Assembly: GCA_965112155.1 (NCBI GenBank)
Contig: OZ218099.1
DNA from: Podarcis liolepis
Taxonomy: Eukaryota
Length of the DNA: 64,000 nt
Direction: 5' to 3' (one strand)
Notes under the pieces: model-generated
Database searches by the model: none
What the model was told of the DNA's origin: nothing
Seen by the model: only the letters and a program-made list of their open reading frames with translations
Shown: piece by piece, positions 12,746 to 25,875 of the stretch
How the letters are laid out: every line of letters starts with the position of its first letter
How positions within the stretch are numbered: the stretch's first letter is position 1
Made by a program: the position numbers and the translations under genes

Positions 12746-15700
12746 ACTTTGCAGGCCAATAACTATTTCTTGAAGTTCACCATTACATAGCCTTCTCCAA
12801 CCTGGTTCACTCCAGATGTTGGTGGATTGCCGTCCCCATCAGCTGCAGTCAACTTTGTCAATGGTCAGGGAATGATGGGAATTATAGTCCAGATCACCTG
12901 GGGTGCAGTAAATTTGGAAAGGGTGGCATCTAGGACATCATTGGTATAAGAATTCAGTCCATCCTGTGAATCTCATGCAGTGGGCTATTCCTAGGAAAAC
13001 TCCCACCAGAGCCAAACAGTTAGTTATCACAGAGTTTTGTGGCATGATTTGCTTCTATGGTAAAATAAATGCCATAGATATCTAAGTTAACACATTTAAA
13101 AGGTTGCCCTCTTCATTTAGGACTTCACATTCACACTGCAAAAGTGTAAATGTGTTGCTCAAGTCAAAAGTAGTGAATCCAAGCATTTCAAAAAACACCC
13201 AAATAACTGCTGTTAGTAAGAAGAAACTTGCAGCCCAATCAGTTCTTGGAGCCACATACTGCCTGCTGTACATGTGTTCAGCATCAAGTGTAATGCACTG
13301 CGTTAATACACTGTTGAACCAGTGGTCTAAAGCTGGTAATCCAAGACAGCTTTGGGACATAGGAGGAAAGTGGAAACCTGCCTGTTGCACTGGCAAGAGC
13401 CACCAGATGCAATGTAATGTTGATGTGCAAAGCTGTTTCATGGGTCAGAAATGGGCAAAGCAGGGGCAAGGACCCATATGTTCCAGCTTAAAGGTGTTCC
13501 AATAAGAGCCAACTGCATTAATTCAGGCTGTGAATCTGTAAGACCTGGAAGACCTCCTATGAAATACATGTTGATCTGACATGTATTCAGACTGGTGTAC
13601 GAATAACCAGGATCTGGCCCCTAGTTTCCCTCCTGTCTGAGCAACAGCAGAGAAGCTAACCCACACAGTAATGCTACAGAGAGGACGGCTCAGCACTTAA
13701 CAGAATCCATTACTCTCAATGTACGGTCTTGGTAGTGGCTCTCCCCCCCCCCCCCCGGGCTAATGGGAACAGCTTTACACCTATTACATGGACATTGTGA
13801 AATTCTGCACACTTCAGGAGACTTTCTTGGAAATGAAAAAATACTTTCCTTTTTTGTAGCCTCCCATCAGCTTTGTGTCAACATTGGAAGCCTTCTGCTG
13901 TGTTTGCAATATAAACGACTACAGCGGGATTCTGGTAGTTTGGAGACAAGGGCTGTTTTTAGTTCTAACCATTTTATGACTAGCGGTTCAATTACTTATG
14001 TTCTCAGCTATCAAATGGACACTGTGATATTTATTTTAAGAGTGTGTCAAGAGGCTTGATTCGTGTACATTTGTAAATTAGGCACTGTGAATTATTGCTG
14101 TTAGATGAGAGGCTGATGCCTTAATTAAGCTATTAATAGCCAGCCATAATACCCAAACTCTATCCTGTGGTGTAACATATGGAAATGAAACACTGAGACA
14201 AATAAACCGTTTTTGACATGTTTTGCCCTAATCTAGCGATTTTTTATGCATGTAGGACTCCAATATATACACAGAGATTCCTCGCTTGAAGCCGTGTTAC
14301 ACATTATGTTCTTTTCTTTGTGTGAATTTTTTATCCGTTGATATAAATGGATTTACACACACCCAAACTACAGGATGGGCATTGGATTTCTGTGTTTCAA
14401 AACTTTTCCCCACGTTTTACATCAGAGGACTGGGACAACATGAATGTGACTGATTTTCTAGTTTTACAGCAGTGAGATGTTTTTGTTCTAGATCGTGAAC
14501 TGCACTTCTATTGCAAAGTGTGTGTAAGTCAGCCTTCACTACCAGAAGTTTTTATCTAGAACTCCCATAGGGCTGATGAACAGTTATGGTCCAAAGCATA
14601 TGGTGGACAACAGATTGGTGAAGCCTGGTGTAAGATTCAGGGGGCATTGAAGGCATGAAACTTTTGATTGATGTGCAGGTTACACTTGTCATCTGGAAAT
14701 TGTCCAAAACAGTGTATGTGTGGTGCCAGCTCTGCGTGGTAGCTGTAATATATGAAATGGGTGCAGCCAGCTGTGCCCCTCCAGATGTTGTTAGATTCTT
14801 TAACTCCCATCAATCCCAGCCGGAAGAGTCAGGGATGGTGGGGCTTTTAGTCCAGCAACATCTGGAAAGCTACTGCTTCTTTAACTCTGGTATAAAGCAA
14901 TCTTGCAGTGTGAACTAGACTCATTGTGCCTCCATGTTGGATCAGATATTCTTGATGGAAGTCGATGTTGGTGTGGAAATGCTCCCATGTGATCAAGGTG
15001 GTCCACTTGGCAATCCATCCATTCTACACATTGCAGCTGTTGCATTGGTAACTCACAATGTGAAACAACAACAACAAATAAGCTTGCTGTGGCATAAGCT
15101 TTCACAGTTCAGATGCAATTTTAAGAGGTCTTCATGATGCGACAGCGACATAAGAATTGGCTCCAGGAAACATGAGCTAAATGCAACTTGCGTCCGCCTT
15201 CCTTCAGATGTTGATGCATTCAGAGCAGACTTTAAGAATGAAGCTCTGCAGGATCTTTAATCAGGCAGTTCAGAGGGGCTATGGGAACAGCTTGTGGGAA
15301 GCGTGTGATTAACAAAACGAGGAGCTATCAAAGAACGGAGAGGATGGTTTTGGAGAACAACCTATTAATGAGGTGGGCGTAACCTTAAGTTAAAACATTA
15401 ACAGACTTTCTTTTAAAAATGGTATTGCTGGGCATTACACAAGTCCCAGGTCATTGTCATTTTAAGAAAAGTCAAAGGCTGTAATTTACCAGTGAGAGTG
15501 ACTGACAGCCTGACCCCTGCTAGGCACTGCACAAATGTAACTCATGGGATTTGTTATTGTCACCATCTCAGAACTGGCATAAGCATGCAATTGCTGAGCT
15601 TTAGGCCATGCAAGAGGCATACTCAAGTCATGATGAGGTTGCCAGCAGCCCCTTCCCCGGGTCACAGGTACTGTTGGAGCAGTTCTGTATCGTTCGCACA

Positions 15701-18025
15701 GGCACAGGCTCTGGATTGACACTGTCTTTCCCCTGGTAATTCAGAAATCATTGCACGGCTCAGTCTCACTTGTAGTGCTCAGGATGCTAACTTCAGCTGC
15801 AGCGGCATAAGTCAGTGTTTGCAACTAAAGTAGCCCCTCAGGACTGACTGCCAGAACTATAATGTTCAGTCCGCATCTTCTCTTCTGTGATAATGTTTTT
15901 TATCTCTACCATAGAGCAACATGTAGAAAGTTAAGAGTTAAATGTAGTTACTCTGTACCTCAGGTTTTTAGGTGCTTGTAGCCATTATCAGCATTAGACA
16001 GGTGGTTGCGAGACTGGGTGAAGATTTATTTCTCACCATTGGAAAGTGTCTCACCTCTAACTTCAGCAGAGCTTCATTTCAAATTCTGTTCTGTGAAGTG
16101 ATAATTTTGAACAGAAGCCCTCAGGGAGACACACACACACAACACCCCACAAGAGTTGTGCATGCACAGCTCTCTGCAAGCCACCAGTGCTTAAAACCTG
16201 AACTTTCAGTTATCTTGGTACAATATCATATGTGCAATGTTCAAAGCCTTCCCCAACCGCATGCAGCCTGCACTTGCATCAGTATCAGAGCTACTGTAAT
16301 CCATAGGCTTTCACTGCTCTACATGAACAAGCTCTTTGGCATTATTCTCACCAGCAAGTGCTTTTAACTTTTGTTTAACAGATGCTTAATGCACCTTATC
16401 TCCACTTGTTTTGTCACAGAAGCCCTGTAACATTGCAGTTCTAATGCACAGAACAGGAATAGGGAACCTGTGGCTGTCCAGATGTTGTTTGACTTCAATG
16501 GCCAGTGATCAGTAATATTTGGAGGGCCATAGGCTTCCTGTCCTTGGTGTAGTGCATGAGAGGCGATCAATGCTTGCATGGACTGAGCACACACATATTG
16601 GGCTCTATACCTGTTTTCCCTGTGTGTAATGCATGGATGGGAGGTCAGCCCAGGAAACGGCGCTGCGCATAAACTCTACAAATTTATTGGGTTAGAGAGA
16701 CACCCACCCATCGCAGCTGAGGAAGTTACTTATATTCATTCCTGGGATTCTTCTGTTCACCATCATTTCTTCTTTAGAAATCAAACCTCCAGGATAGTGT
16801 CATTTAATTTCACTAAGCACAATCCCCTTTCATGGGGGGGGGGGGGAAGTGGTGAATGAACATAGAATACAAATGAAACAGAAACCAGTCATTCCCAAAT
16901 AACCCTAAATAACCCTACAGCAATATCTGTAGCTCTTTGCTTTTGTCCATGTGAATGTAGCCTTGGATAGGTACAGTGAATGATCTTTGCAGTTTAATGC
17001 CAGGCTAAAAATAAAACCTTCTTTCCGCTAAGGTTCAAAGCCCAGTGCTTTTTGAGCATCATCAGTTGGATGCATTTCAAACTATCACCTGTTGCAAGCT
17101 GACTGTTCTGTAAGCAAGTTATGTAAGTAGGATTAATAAAGGTTTAAAGCCTGGTCATGCTGTGTAGCTGGATCAGTTCAGACGTTCTTAGTGGCAGTGA
17201 AAAAGCAACACATTTATTGTCGCTTGATCAATTTGCAAAAGAGCGCTAAGCTTTCTATTTAAAGTAGCTGCCTCATGATTTAACACAGACTTAGATTGTA
17301 CTGATACTAAGATGTCAAGAGAGTGTTTAGGGCTGAAATCAATCACGGTGGCGTTTTTAAAACTTCAACAGACCTTTAGAATAGAATTGAGCCTGCAGAT
17401 TTTAAAGGAGTCGTTTCTTCTTTAATCCAATATACAGTATTTCTGGAGAATCAGTCATGCAAAGGATTATTAGATGGCATTCCAAGTATGGAAGACCTCA
17501 CAAAGGACAGTTTTGTTATATGTGCAGGAAGCTGTATATTGAAAAATTGGGAGGATAAACAGTTCCTGGCAAAAAGAGAAAAGGCATAATTCACAAATGT
17601 ATCAAAAAATAGTTTTGATTAAAACAAAGCCCTAAAATAAGGTCTGTTCAATATGGAACTAGCCATTGGGAGTGGAATTGATCTATATTCTGGTCTACTA
17701 CCCTAGAAAATGTCTTCACAGAACTGCTGTAGGTAGAAAGACAAAAGTAATTATTATATCTGAGGTGGTGATAGAGAATTTGGTTACCACTGGTGACGTC
17801 ACCTGTTGTCACACTTGCTAGATAAATATACATCCCAGGTTGAGGGGAAAGGCAAATTTCCTAGATACAATAAATTGTTGGCATCCATCTGTCTCAAGAG
17901 ACAATGCCTTATAAAAGCCATGGATTCAGGTATGGGGAAGACTACCATTGCTTAGTATGCCTAGCTCAGGCCTGTTGGTTGAAAGCATTATTCAAGCTAG
18001 AACTATTATAACATGAACTATTAAA

Positions 18026-18291
18026 ACACTGAGGTCCTGCTCCAAGGGCTTTCTGGCGGTTCCCTCTCTGCGAGAAGTCAGCTTACAGGGAACCAGGCCC
18101 TGTGGAATATCCTCCCATCAGATGTCAAGGAAATAAACAACTATCTGACTTTTAGAAGACATCTGAAGTTTAGGGAAGTTTTTAATGTTTGATCTTTTAT
18201 CATGTTTTTAATATTCTGTTGGAAGCCGTCCAGAGTGGCTGGGGAAACGCAGCCCGATGGGCGGGGTATAAATTATTTTATTTATTTATTT
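18026..18291 (+). mobile_element. LINE 3' end (L2/CR1 group)
   Basis: Near-identical to 55771-56044. Ends gatgggcggggtataaat followed by (ttta)n. Confidence 0.72.
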
Positions 18292-18419
18292 AGGAGGGCA
18301 AGCCTTGCTAATGGAAACCGGTGCTATTCGTGTAAAGAGAAGGTTTCACTTCACCAACCCTTTTAAATATTAGTTTTTAAAAAATCAGTACAACGTGATA
18401 AACATAGCATATGACACAA

Positions 18420-19160
18420 ACTTTAGTGCTTCAAATAACATCAGTTGTGATCCTACTCCCACCCAACTGTTTAGATAAGAAAGACACCATAGAAAACAAA
18501 CACTAAACTTTTTTTAAAAAACGCTCAGAAATCTATCCAGATTTCCCTTTCTAATACATTATAACCTTTGACCAATGTTCCATAAATCCTGAAAAATCAC
18601 ATTCTCTGCCTTTCCCCCTAGCCTGCTGAATACAAGTCAGTTTTTCCATTTCAGTGTGACATGCCAGACATTAAATAACCACTCATTCAAATCTGGTGTT
18701 GTATTTACTTTCCAGTGTGTAGCATAAACACTTTAAGCAGCTACTAGGGAATCCATCAAAACATTCTTCCTTTTACATTTACTTCCTTCGTTAGTCTCCT
18801 CAGAATGACTTTTGGTTCTTTTCTATGTCTTCCCCTCTCATCAAATCCCAGGAACTTGCCTCCACTGGGCAATCTCATAAAACATGTCAATCTGTGTCAG
18901 TCCTAATGGATTCCCAGTAGCAATATATAATTGCTTGGATTCAAAGGCATATTATGTGAGCAGAAAGGCACTTCAACTTGAACACCGTACCTCACAACCT
19001 GAATATCCCAGTTTCCCCAGTCCCTCTGCAGTTCCAGAAGGTTCCTTGACCCCCAGGAGTGGTTTTATGGAGGGCGCAAAACATTTTTTTATGTGGACCC
19101 TTCTGTTCCAGAAGATCTCAGTGAAACTGTTGAGGGACATTTCCTTCTCATCCCTCCTCC
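18420..19160 (-). pseudogene. Degenerate L1/Tx1-clade ORF2 C-terminus
   Basis: Hand translation of the minus strand gives YCYWES...*HVL*DCPVEASSW (resembling the HxxWxCP..FW Zn knuckle) and LVAA*SVYATHWKVNTTPDLNEWL. Boundaries are approximate. Confidence 0.55.
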
Positions 19161-22100
19161 TCCCGCCTTCCATATTCTCTCTTGAAAGTGTAAGAGTGAC
19201 GTGAACTGAATGATCACGAACACCCCAGATTTCAAATTATTTCCTGAAGGACAAGGAGGATGTTGCTCTTCCTCTGCTTGTTTTTGTCAGCACCAGTGTA
19301 TATTGGCATTTGTGTCACAATGTGATATTTCCAGGGAGAGATGTGATCTTTGCAAATACCATGGCAAGCTTCAGCTCCTGAGTGTGCCGAGAGCTGTCAG
19401 AGCTGGCATCACAGCCCGCTTCTCAGGCCGAGCTCTTCCTGTGATGGTATATCATTATGTGTGACACTGTTGTTGTGTGCGTGGCAAGTGTCATGCGTAA
19501 TGGTGCCAAGCTGCTGGAAAACAGCAGGAGAATTGACAGCAAATGCCCATTCAATTCCCACCCAGAAACTACATTGGCAGACAAGGGCCCTCTCCTCTCC
19601 TCATCCTTATTTCTCAGTGTTCAAGGCCAATCTTCATGAGTGATGGGTGTGACACCTTCCCTTACAAAACATCCCCCACATCCCAGCACCTCTGGGAAAT
19701 AGAGAACATTAAAACTTGCATAGAGCACTGTTGATATGCGGTTGCCAATCTGGGCTGCTACCCACATGTGCAGATGTCTACAGTACTAGGTACCACACAC
19801 TTAGTATGTAGAAGTCTCCAAATATGCTATGCTGTGTACAAACGAACTGCTACTGTATAGTGAGAAATAGACAATGTATTTATTTATGAATCGCTTTCCC
19901 ATGAAACATATTGAAGTGATTTGATGACCAAAACGTCTACAACCAAAACATACGTAATCATCAAATACAAGTCTCACACAAGCTGAAATTGCCTGCCCAC
20001 TGAGGAGCCTGTCTCCTGCGTCTCTCAGTGATTCATGGCTTCAGCCTCGATGTCTCCCTCTCAGCTTTTCCTGGGAGTGGGTAACTTTGCTGCATGTCTG
20101 CGTTGGGTGTAGGTGGATCATTTAGTTGATCCTGATGCAGAGATGCGCCAGAATTAACAGCCCTTCAGAGGAAGCACAGCCAAATCCAGAGCTCTTACAT
20201 ACTCTCAAATGAACCTTTTTGGGGGGATAAGATTGAAACATGCCTGCAGCTGTAATTCACTCATAAAGAAAAGAAACAAAAAAGTGTGCCCAAGCTGTCA
20301 GAAGTTTTGGGATCCCTAAGCAAGCCTGCCATGGATTCTTTTGCTGTTTAATGCCATTGCCAACAGGGAATTAGCTGCTAAACAGAACATAGACATGTCA
20401 TGGTCCCTGCCCATGGCTTGATGCTTCCTTCTTCCCAGTCCTTGGGGACAATAGCACTTGGACCTTGTACATGAGATTGCTGTACATGGGACAACTAAAA
20501 TATATGACAACCTACACTGTTTTTGCCTTTCCATTGTCTCCTGTGTGTTTTGGCAACATTTGTGCCCTTTTCATTAACCATCTGGCAAGGATGCTGCACA
20601 GAGAAAAATCACTTCTGGTTAAATCCCCTTGAAATCATTGAGATGCCAATTCTTAAATTCAACTTGGGACCAGTCTTTCATTTAAATGGGACTTAAGAAC
20701 AGCCCCAACCAAAAAATGCCCCCCGTGTATTCCAGCCTTGATGTTCCACAATAAAGGCAGATGCACCCCTCTTTTCTCTCTGTGGCTCTGTTTCTCATAC
20801 TTAACCATTATGATTCAACAGTTGAGTTTGCTTTCTGTTATTGGTTTTGTTTCTAGGAAACCCTTCATCAAAAGACAACAGGGTGGTTTACAGTGCGCAG
20901 TAAAACAATAAAATCAAACAACAACATTGCAACCAATAAAACAATAAAATTCAAACAAGAATTTGCAGATCCATAGTAGCACAGCAGCAAATTAATAAAT
21001 ATAGGTAACCCAGCTCTAATGAGTGAGGATGGCACAAAGGCCTGGGTGAATAAAAGATGGTGATGAATTATCAGTGCCAAAGATGCGGGACACGGCACTA
21101 CTGCAGAGAAGGCCTTCCCACAGGTCACAGAACAGGCGATGTCCACAGCCAGGACCACAATAGGATGGTGGATGGTGCAGCGAGAGCTGGCTCATTTATG
21201 GAGACACTAAATAGCAAGGAAGTTGTCATTTTGTGGAAAAAAATACAAAATTCCTGAGCTTCCCCACCTTTACAAAAAGGGGCAGGAGGTTTAGAAAATA
21301 AGTGCTTTCCCCTTAACAAGCACAGTTGTCAGTTTTTATTTTTTATAGACCAGAAGAAGCAGAATTCTTTGGGCTTATTGTCTCCTTCTGGAAGCCCTCA
21401 AAGTAAATGACTTTAATTGCTTGGCTTTGCCTACCTCAGCTGAGGCTGAAACAGCCTGTATTCACTTATCATTTATGTATCATATATAAAAATCCCATGG
21501 TTATTTCCCCTCCCTTCTCTTCCTGAAGTGGTGGTTTGTACATGTGATTATTCTGAGTGATATCCTCAGCAAGCTCCAGGGAAAAGAAAGCCTCCAGTGT
21601 CATAGGAAACATTATGAGAAGATTGATGCAGGCAGATTTAGCCGTAGGTAGGGTTATTTGTTTGACTTCAGAATCAAAACATGTGGGAGGTTGTTGCCGA
21701 CAGGCTTATAGTAATGCTGGCAAAGCAACAACAACAAAAAAGGGAAATAAAAGAATCACATCTAGTGGGAGGGTGGGAAGAACCACTTTAATTCATTGTG
21801 GTGTGAGCATAAGGCATTTGACTTTCAGACAATCTTATGGGCCCAGCTCTACTATTGGTTGCACCCAGTAGCTTTTCCATAGATCAGGAGGTAAAAGCAG
21901 AAACTAAAGACATGACTCAGTCTGTGTGTTGAATGTGGCAATGTGTGCCATAGCAGGTGGATGGGAAGTAATGAAGCTGGAGGGAAGTAGTCAGGAATTG
22001 AGCTAATCATCCCCTGAATTTACTTTAGAAAGAAACTTGTAGCTTTCGGACCAGTGTAAGAGACAGAACAACAGAATTAGAGAAAAGGAAAGGCCAAAGG

Positions 22101-22712
22101 GCATCTTGTTCATTCCTGTAGATATATTCATGCAATTCATGGTGTCAGGATGGAATAGAGCCACAGGGTGTCATGGGGAGGCTGGCCGGATGTTCAATCA
22201 GCTCTTTAATGTGTGGAAGGAGGAATTTCAGCTGAAATTCCTAATTCTTCAGAGCTATTAAAGGTGCTTGAGCTCTGTCTTCTTTTACATCTGGTCACCC
22301 TATTCTGTTCATATTTGCGGCAAGCCTCTGGTGCACCAGATGAAGAATGTTAGATTAAGACTCTAGTAAACAAAATCCCATTACCATTGGGCCACAAATG
22401 CAGCACTAGAACAGAAAAACAATGCGCCAACGTGGGAGAGTTTTTGGGTTTTGTTTGCTTCTTCCTTTGTTCTGGAGAGGTTCAATTTTTTGCTATTGCA
22501 GTAGGTTTTTTTTTAAAGAAAAGAAAAGAAATAAAGTATTCTTATTTCCAGTCTTATTGGAAATAGTACAGCCCCCCTGTACTCTTAGGGCAATTGTAAG
22601 CATTAGGTTTATGTGGCATGTACTTCAAGATATTTTCAACCAGGCATGGTTGTCACCTATAGAGGTAAGAACCAATTAGAAAATCCAAATTAAGGAGTTA
22701 CCTTCAGCGGTA

Positions 22713-22926
22713 CAGTCGTACCTTGGAAGTTGAACGGAATCTGTTCCGGAAGTCCATTGGACTTCCAAATCACGGCTTCTGATTAGCTGCAGGAAACCGC
22801 ATAAGCCCGTTGGATGTTCGGGTTACAAAAGAACATTCACAAACTGAAACAATCACTTCTGGGTTTGCAGCGTTCGGGAGCCAAAACGTCCGGGTTCCAG
22901 GGTGTTCGACAACCAAGGTACGACTG
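22713..22926. mobile_element. Tc1/mariner-type MITE, family A
   Basis: TIR cagtcgtaccttgg / ccaaggtacgactg with TA flanks. Confidence 0.9.
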
Positions 22927-22928
22927 TA

Positions 22929-23122
22929 CAGTGGTACCTCAGGTTACATACGCTTCATGTTACAGACTCCGCTAACCCAGAAATATTACCTCGGGTTAAG
23001 AAATTGTGCAGCAGTGGCAGCAGGAGGCCCCATTAGCTAAAGTGGTGCTTCAGGTTAAGAACAGTTTCAGGTTAAGAACAGACCTCCAGAACGAATTAAG
23101 TTCTTAACCCGAGGTACCACTG
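22929..23122. mobile_element. Tc1/mariner-type MITE, family B
   Basis: TIR cagtggtacctcaggtta / taacccgaggtaccactg with TA flanks. Internal (tc)aggttaagaa repeats. Confidence 0.9.
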
Positions 23123-24349
23123 TACTAGCTTTATGATTAGGTGGCCTATCTAAAAGGCCATCATATTCAATTATTTACTTTTATTATTTTATTGTTAATA
23201 CAGGGGATTTCCTCTTGGACCAACTGTTTCATGCCGTCTCTGGTCTCAGGCTCATCCTTAGAGATAATCTTGCAATTGTTTCCTGATAAACGCTGGAGTT
23301 ACCTTTTTGTACAGCAGCTAAATCACTCAGGGTTGCATGCTAGAACCCAAGGTTCGGTTTGGGAAGGGGTTCTTCCTCAGTAATATTACCTGTGACTTAA
23401 TAGTTGAGCAGCAGTTCCATGGTCCCTTGAAAGTTACACCTCTTGTGGTGCCAACACTAAAGGTGTCCCCGAAACCATTTGCCATGTGAATCACTTCAAC
23501 AGTGAGTTTTATCAGCAAGGTCAAGGGGGAAGTACTCAGAGCTTTGTAACAGTGTTGAATGGTTACCGGTATATCTTTCTTGTCACTCAGAAACACCTTT
23601 TTCTTGACACTGCTGATTATTAAAACCCATTACATAGTCTTTAGTACATATAGTTTATTCTCTTCATGTTATGTCTTTTAAAAAGCACTTCCTGGTTGTC
23701 AGAAAGGTCAATAGTTCCCAAACAAACCATTATTTTTGTGTCATTGGTTTTGACAGCACCTCAAAGGTCTTTCAAAGAGTTGGAAGTCAGTGCCACTTTT
23801 GAGGTGATTCTAAATTGGCTTTAATAATAAGCAGGTGCCCCAGATAATTTTCCCAGTCTGGCACTTCAGCCCTGTAGAATTTGAGAAATTTTGGGAAGTG
23901 ATTCCTTTTAACTTCTTGGTCATTTGTTTGTTTTTGGTGTGCATCTGCAAGTTTTGGAGTCTCATTGAACTCTTCAGCCAGAAATTACTAAAAACTAGCC
24001 CTCTTTTCTCTCCACGTCTTAACTATCACACCTTCTCTGAAGAAATCCTAGTGGCTATAGCTCTGTGAATATGCCAATAATCTTTCTAATTGAATTTTTA
24101 ACAACTTCACAAAACTATGCTTCACAGGTTCCTTGGGAAAAGCCATAATGGTTAAACCAGTTTCCATTTGTGGTATAAATATTGCTAAATTATTCTGCTC
24201 CAAAATGGTAAATTTTATATCAAGATGAGTTGACATTTAGGCATAAATTAGGCTTCTTAAATTTCAGTATTTAAATGCCCATTCTTGTAAAAAGGAACTT
24301 CTTCCTTCCTGTACCTCTCTTTTATGTCCATGCTTGTTTTCTTCCCTAG

Positions 24350-24519
24350 GATCGTTCCTGTTCTAGAACATTCATCACCACAAACCTCACCAAGCAACCT
24401 GTCCAGCTCTGACAGTTTAGATGTCACCAGGACATACTCCCAAAGAGCAAGTCGCTATGACCTGGATGAAATCGATGCTTGCTGGCTGGAACTCTTCAAC
24501 ATGGAGCTTAAGGAAATGG
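24350..24519 (+). CDS. JADE2: JADE2 internal exon (EPC-like N-terminal region; R-IVPVLEH...SRYDLDEIDACWLELFNMELKEM)
   Basis: Polypyrimidine tract and acceptor ttttcttccctag|G. Donor ATGG|gtaaat. The peptide matches the JADE2 motif SRYDLDEIDAxWLELxNxELKEM. The phase-1 end joins the next exon (G|AA = Glu). Confidence 0.93.
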
Positions 24520-24744
24520 GTAAATGTTGTTGTTGTTTTTAATTCTCTCTTGGGTTGCACACTCACCAGTCTTAAACCAAAGACAAATTTTCACAACCAG
24601 TAGGCTTTCATGCATATTGTAGAAAAAAGAAGGGAAAAATTGTCCCAGTCTATGAAGGATGATGATCTTTGAGAAGTTGATAGGCAATAGGCAAAAGTGA
24701 ATCTAGATATAGGATAAGGCTGCAGTTGGTTACTGGACATTGTC

Positions 24745-24937
24745 TATTCTCTGCCTCCACATCAGAGGCAGTATGCTTCCAAATGCCAGTTGCAGGAAAC
24801 CATGGTATGCTGGGAATGCTCTTCTGCTCATGTTCTGTTTGTAGGTTTCCCACAGGCATCTGGTTGGCCATTTTGAAAACAGGATGCTGCGCTAGATGGG
24901 CCTTTGACTTGATCAGCAGGCTTTTCTTATGTTCTTA
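24745..24937 (+). mobile_element. CR1 LINE 3' UTR
   Basis: ctctgcctccacatcagaggcagtatgc...ggcatctggttggcca...ctagatgggcc, ending in the tail ttcttatgttctta. Confidence 0.7.
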
Positions 24938-25401
24938 CTGATATTTTTTTTAAATAGCAACCATTACTTTGGGATTATTGTGACTCTTTTCATATCCTAC
25001 AAATGTTATAAGCAAAAAAGGGAGGAAGAGAAGTTATATAAGATGTATTCTTTCTTTAGCAGTACATTATTTGCCTAGGACAATTATTTTGCACTAGTGG
25101 ACATATCTGCCAATCACTTTGTCCCTTCCAGATTTGGGTAGAGTGAGTTTGGGGACAACCCCATGGACCAGGACTCTGTATGTTACCAAGGCAAGATAGC
25201 TCCATGTTACTGATTTCCTCTAGCCTCTTGCTGTTCTGGTGAAGGGTCATATTTGTGAGCATAGCTCACCATAGCCTATCTGAGCCTTCAATATACTCAG
25301 TTCTGTGAAGTGGAATGGTGCTGTGGCCTCCAGTTTTTGCAAGGTTGACACAGCCGTTTACCAAACATATTACAGGAAATAAGCTGGGAATTTACCACAT
25401 A

Positions 25402-25756
25402 CAGCGGTGCCTCGCAAGACGAAATTAATTCGTTCCGCGAGTTTTGTCGTCTTGCGATTTTTTTCGTCTTGCGAAGCACGGTGTCGGGAAAGTTTTGGAA
25501 AAGCTTCAAAAATAACCAAAGTCTTTAAAAACCTCAAAAAAGTCTACCACACCACGTTCTATGAGTTGCTCCTCAAAGTCAAGTCGCAACTGTATTAACA
25601 GTGTTAAGAAAAAGGAAACAAACTTGCAAGACATTTCCGTCTTGTGAAGCAAGCCCATAGGGAAAATCGTCTTGCGAAGCAGCTCAAAAAACAAAAAACC
25701 CTTTCGTCTTGCGAGTTTTTTGTCTTGCGAGGCATTCGTCTTGCGAGGTACCACTG
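25402..25756. mobile_element. Tc1/mariner-type MITE, family C
   Basis: TIR cagcggtgcctcgcaagacgaa / ttcgtcttgcgaggtaccactg with TA flanks. Many internal gtcttgcga repeats. Confidence 0.9.
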
Positions 25757-25875
25757 TATCTCCTTCACTGAGGGTTTCCCTCCCTTCTCAGGACTAAGCT
25801 ATATTTATTCAGTATACATGCACAGCCCCCACAATCACACTCTTATGAAAGATCGGGTTGAGGTAGATGTCACAG

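Noticed and set aside
1-24349. Upstream JADE2 exon (VFRTDLITAMK...DPWRQEWEKGVQVP)
   Set aside because: Not found by eye. It probably lies upstream of the window, and tblastn would settle this.
25402-25756. CRISPR-like array of gtcttgcga repeats
   Set aside because: The repeats are about 9 bp, irregularly spaced and lie inside a TIR element in vertebrate DNA.
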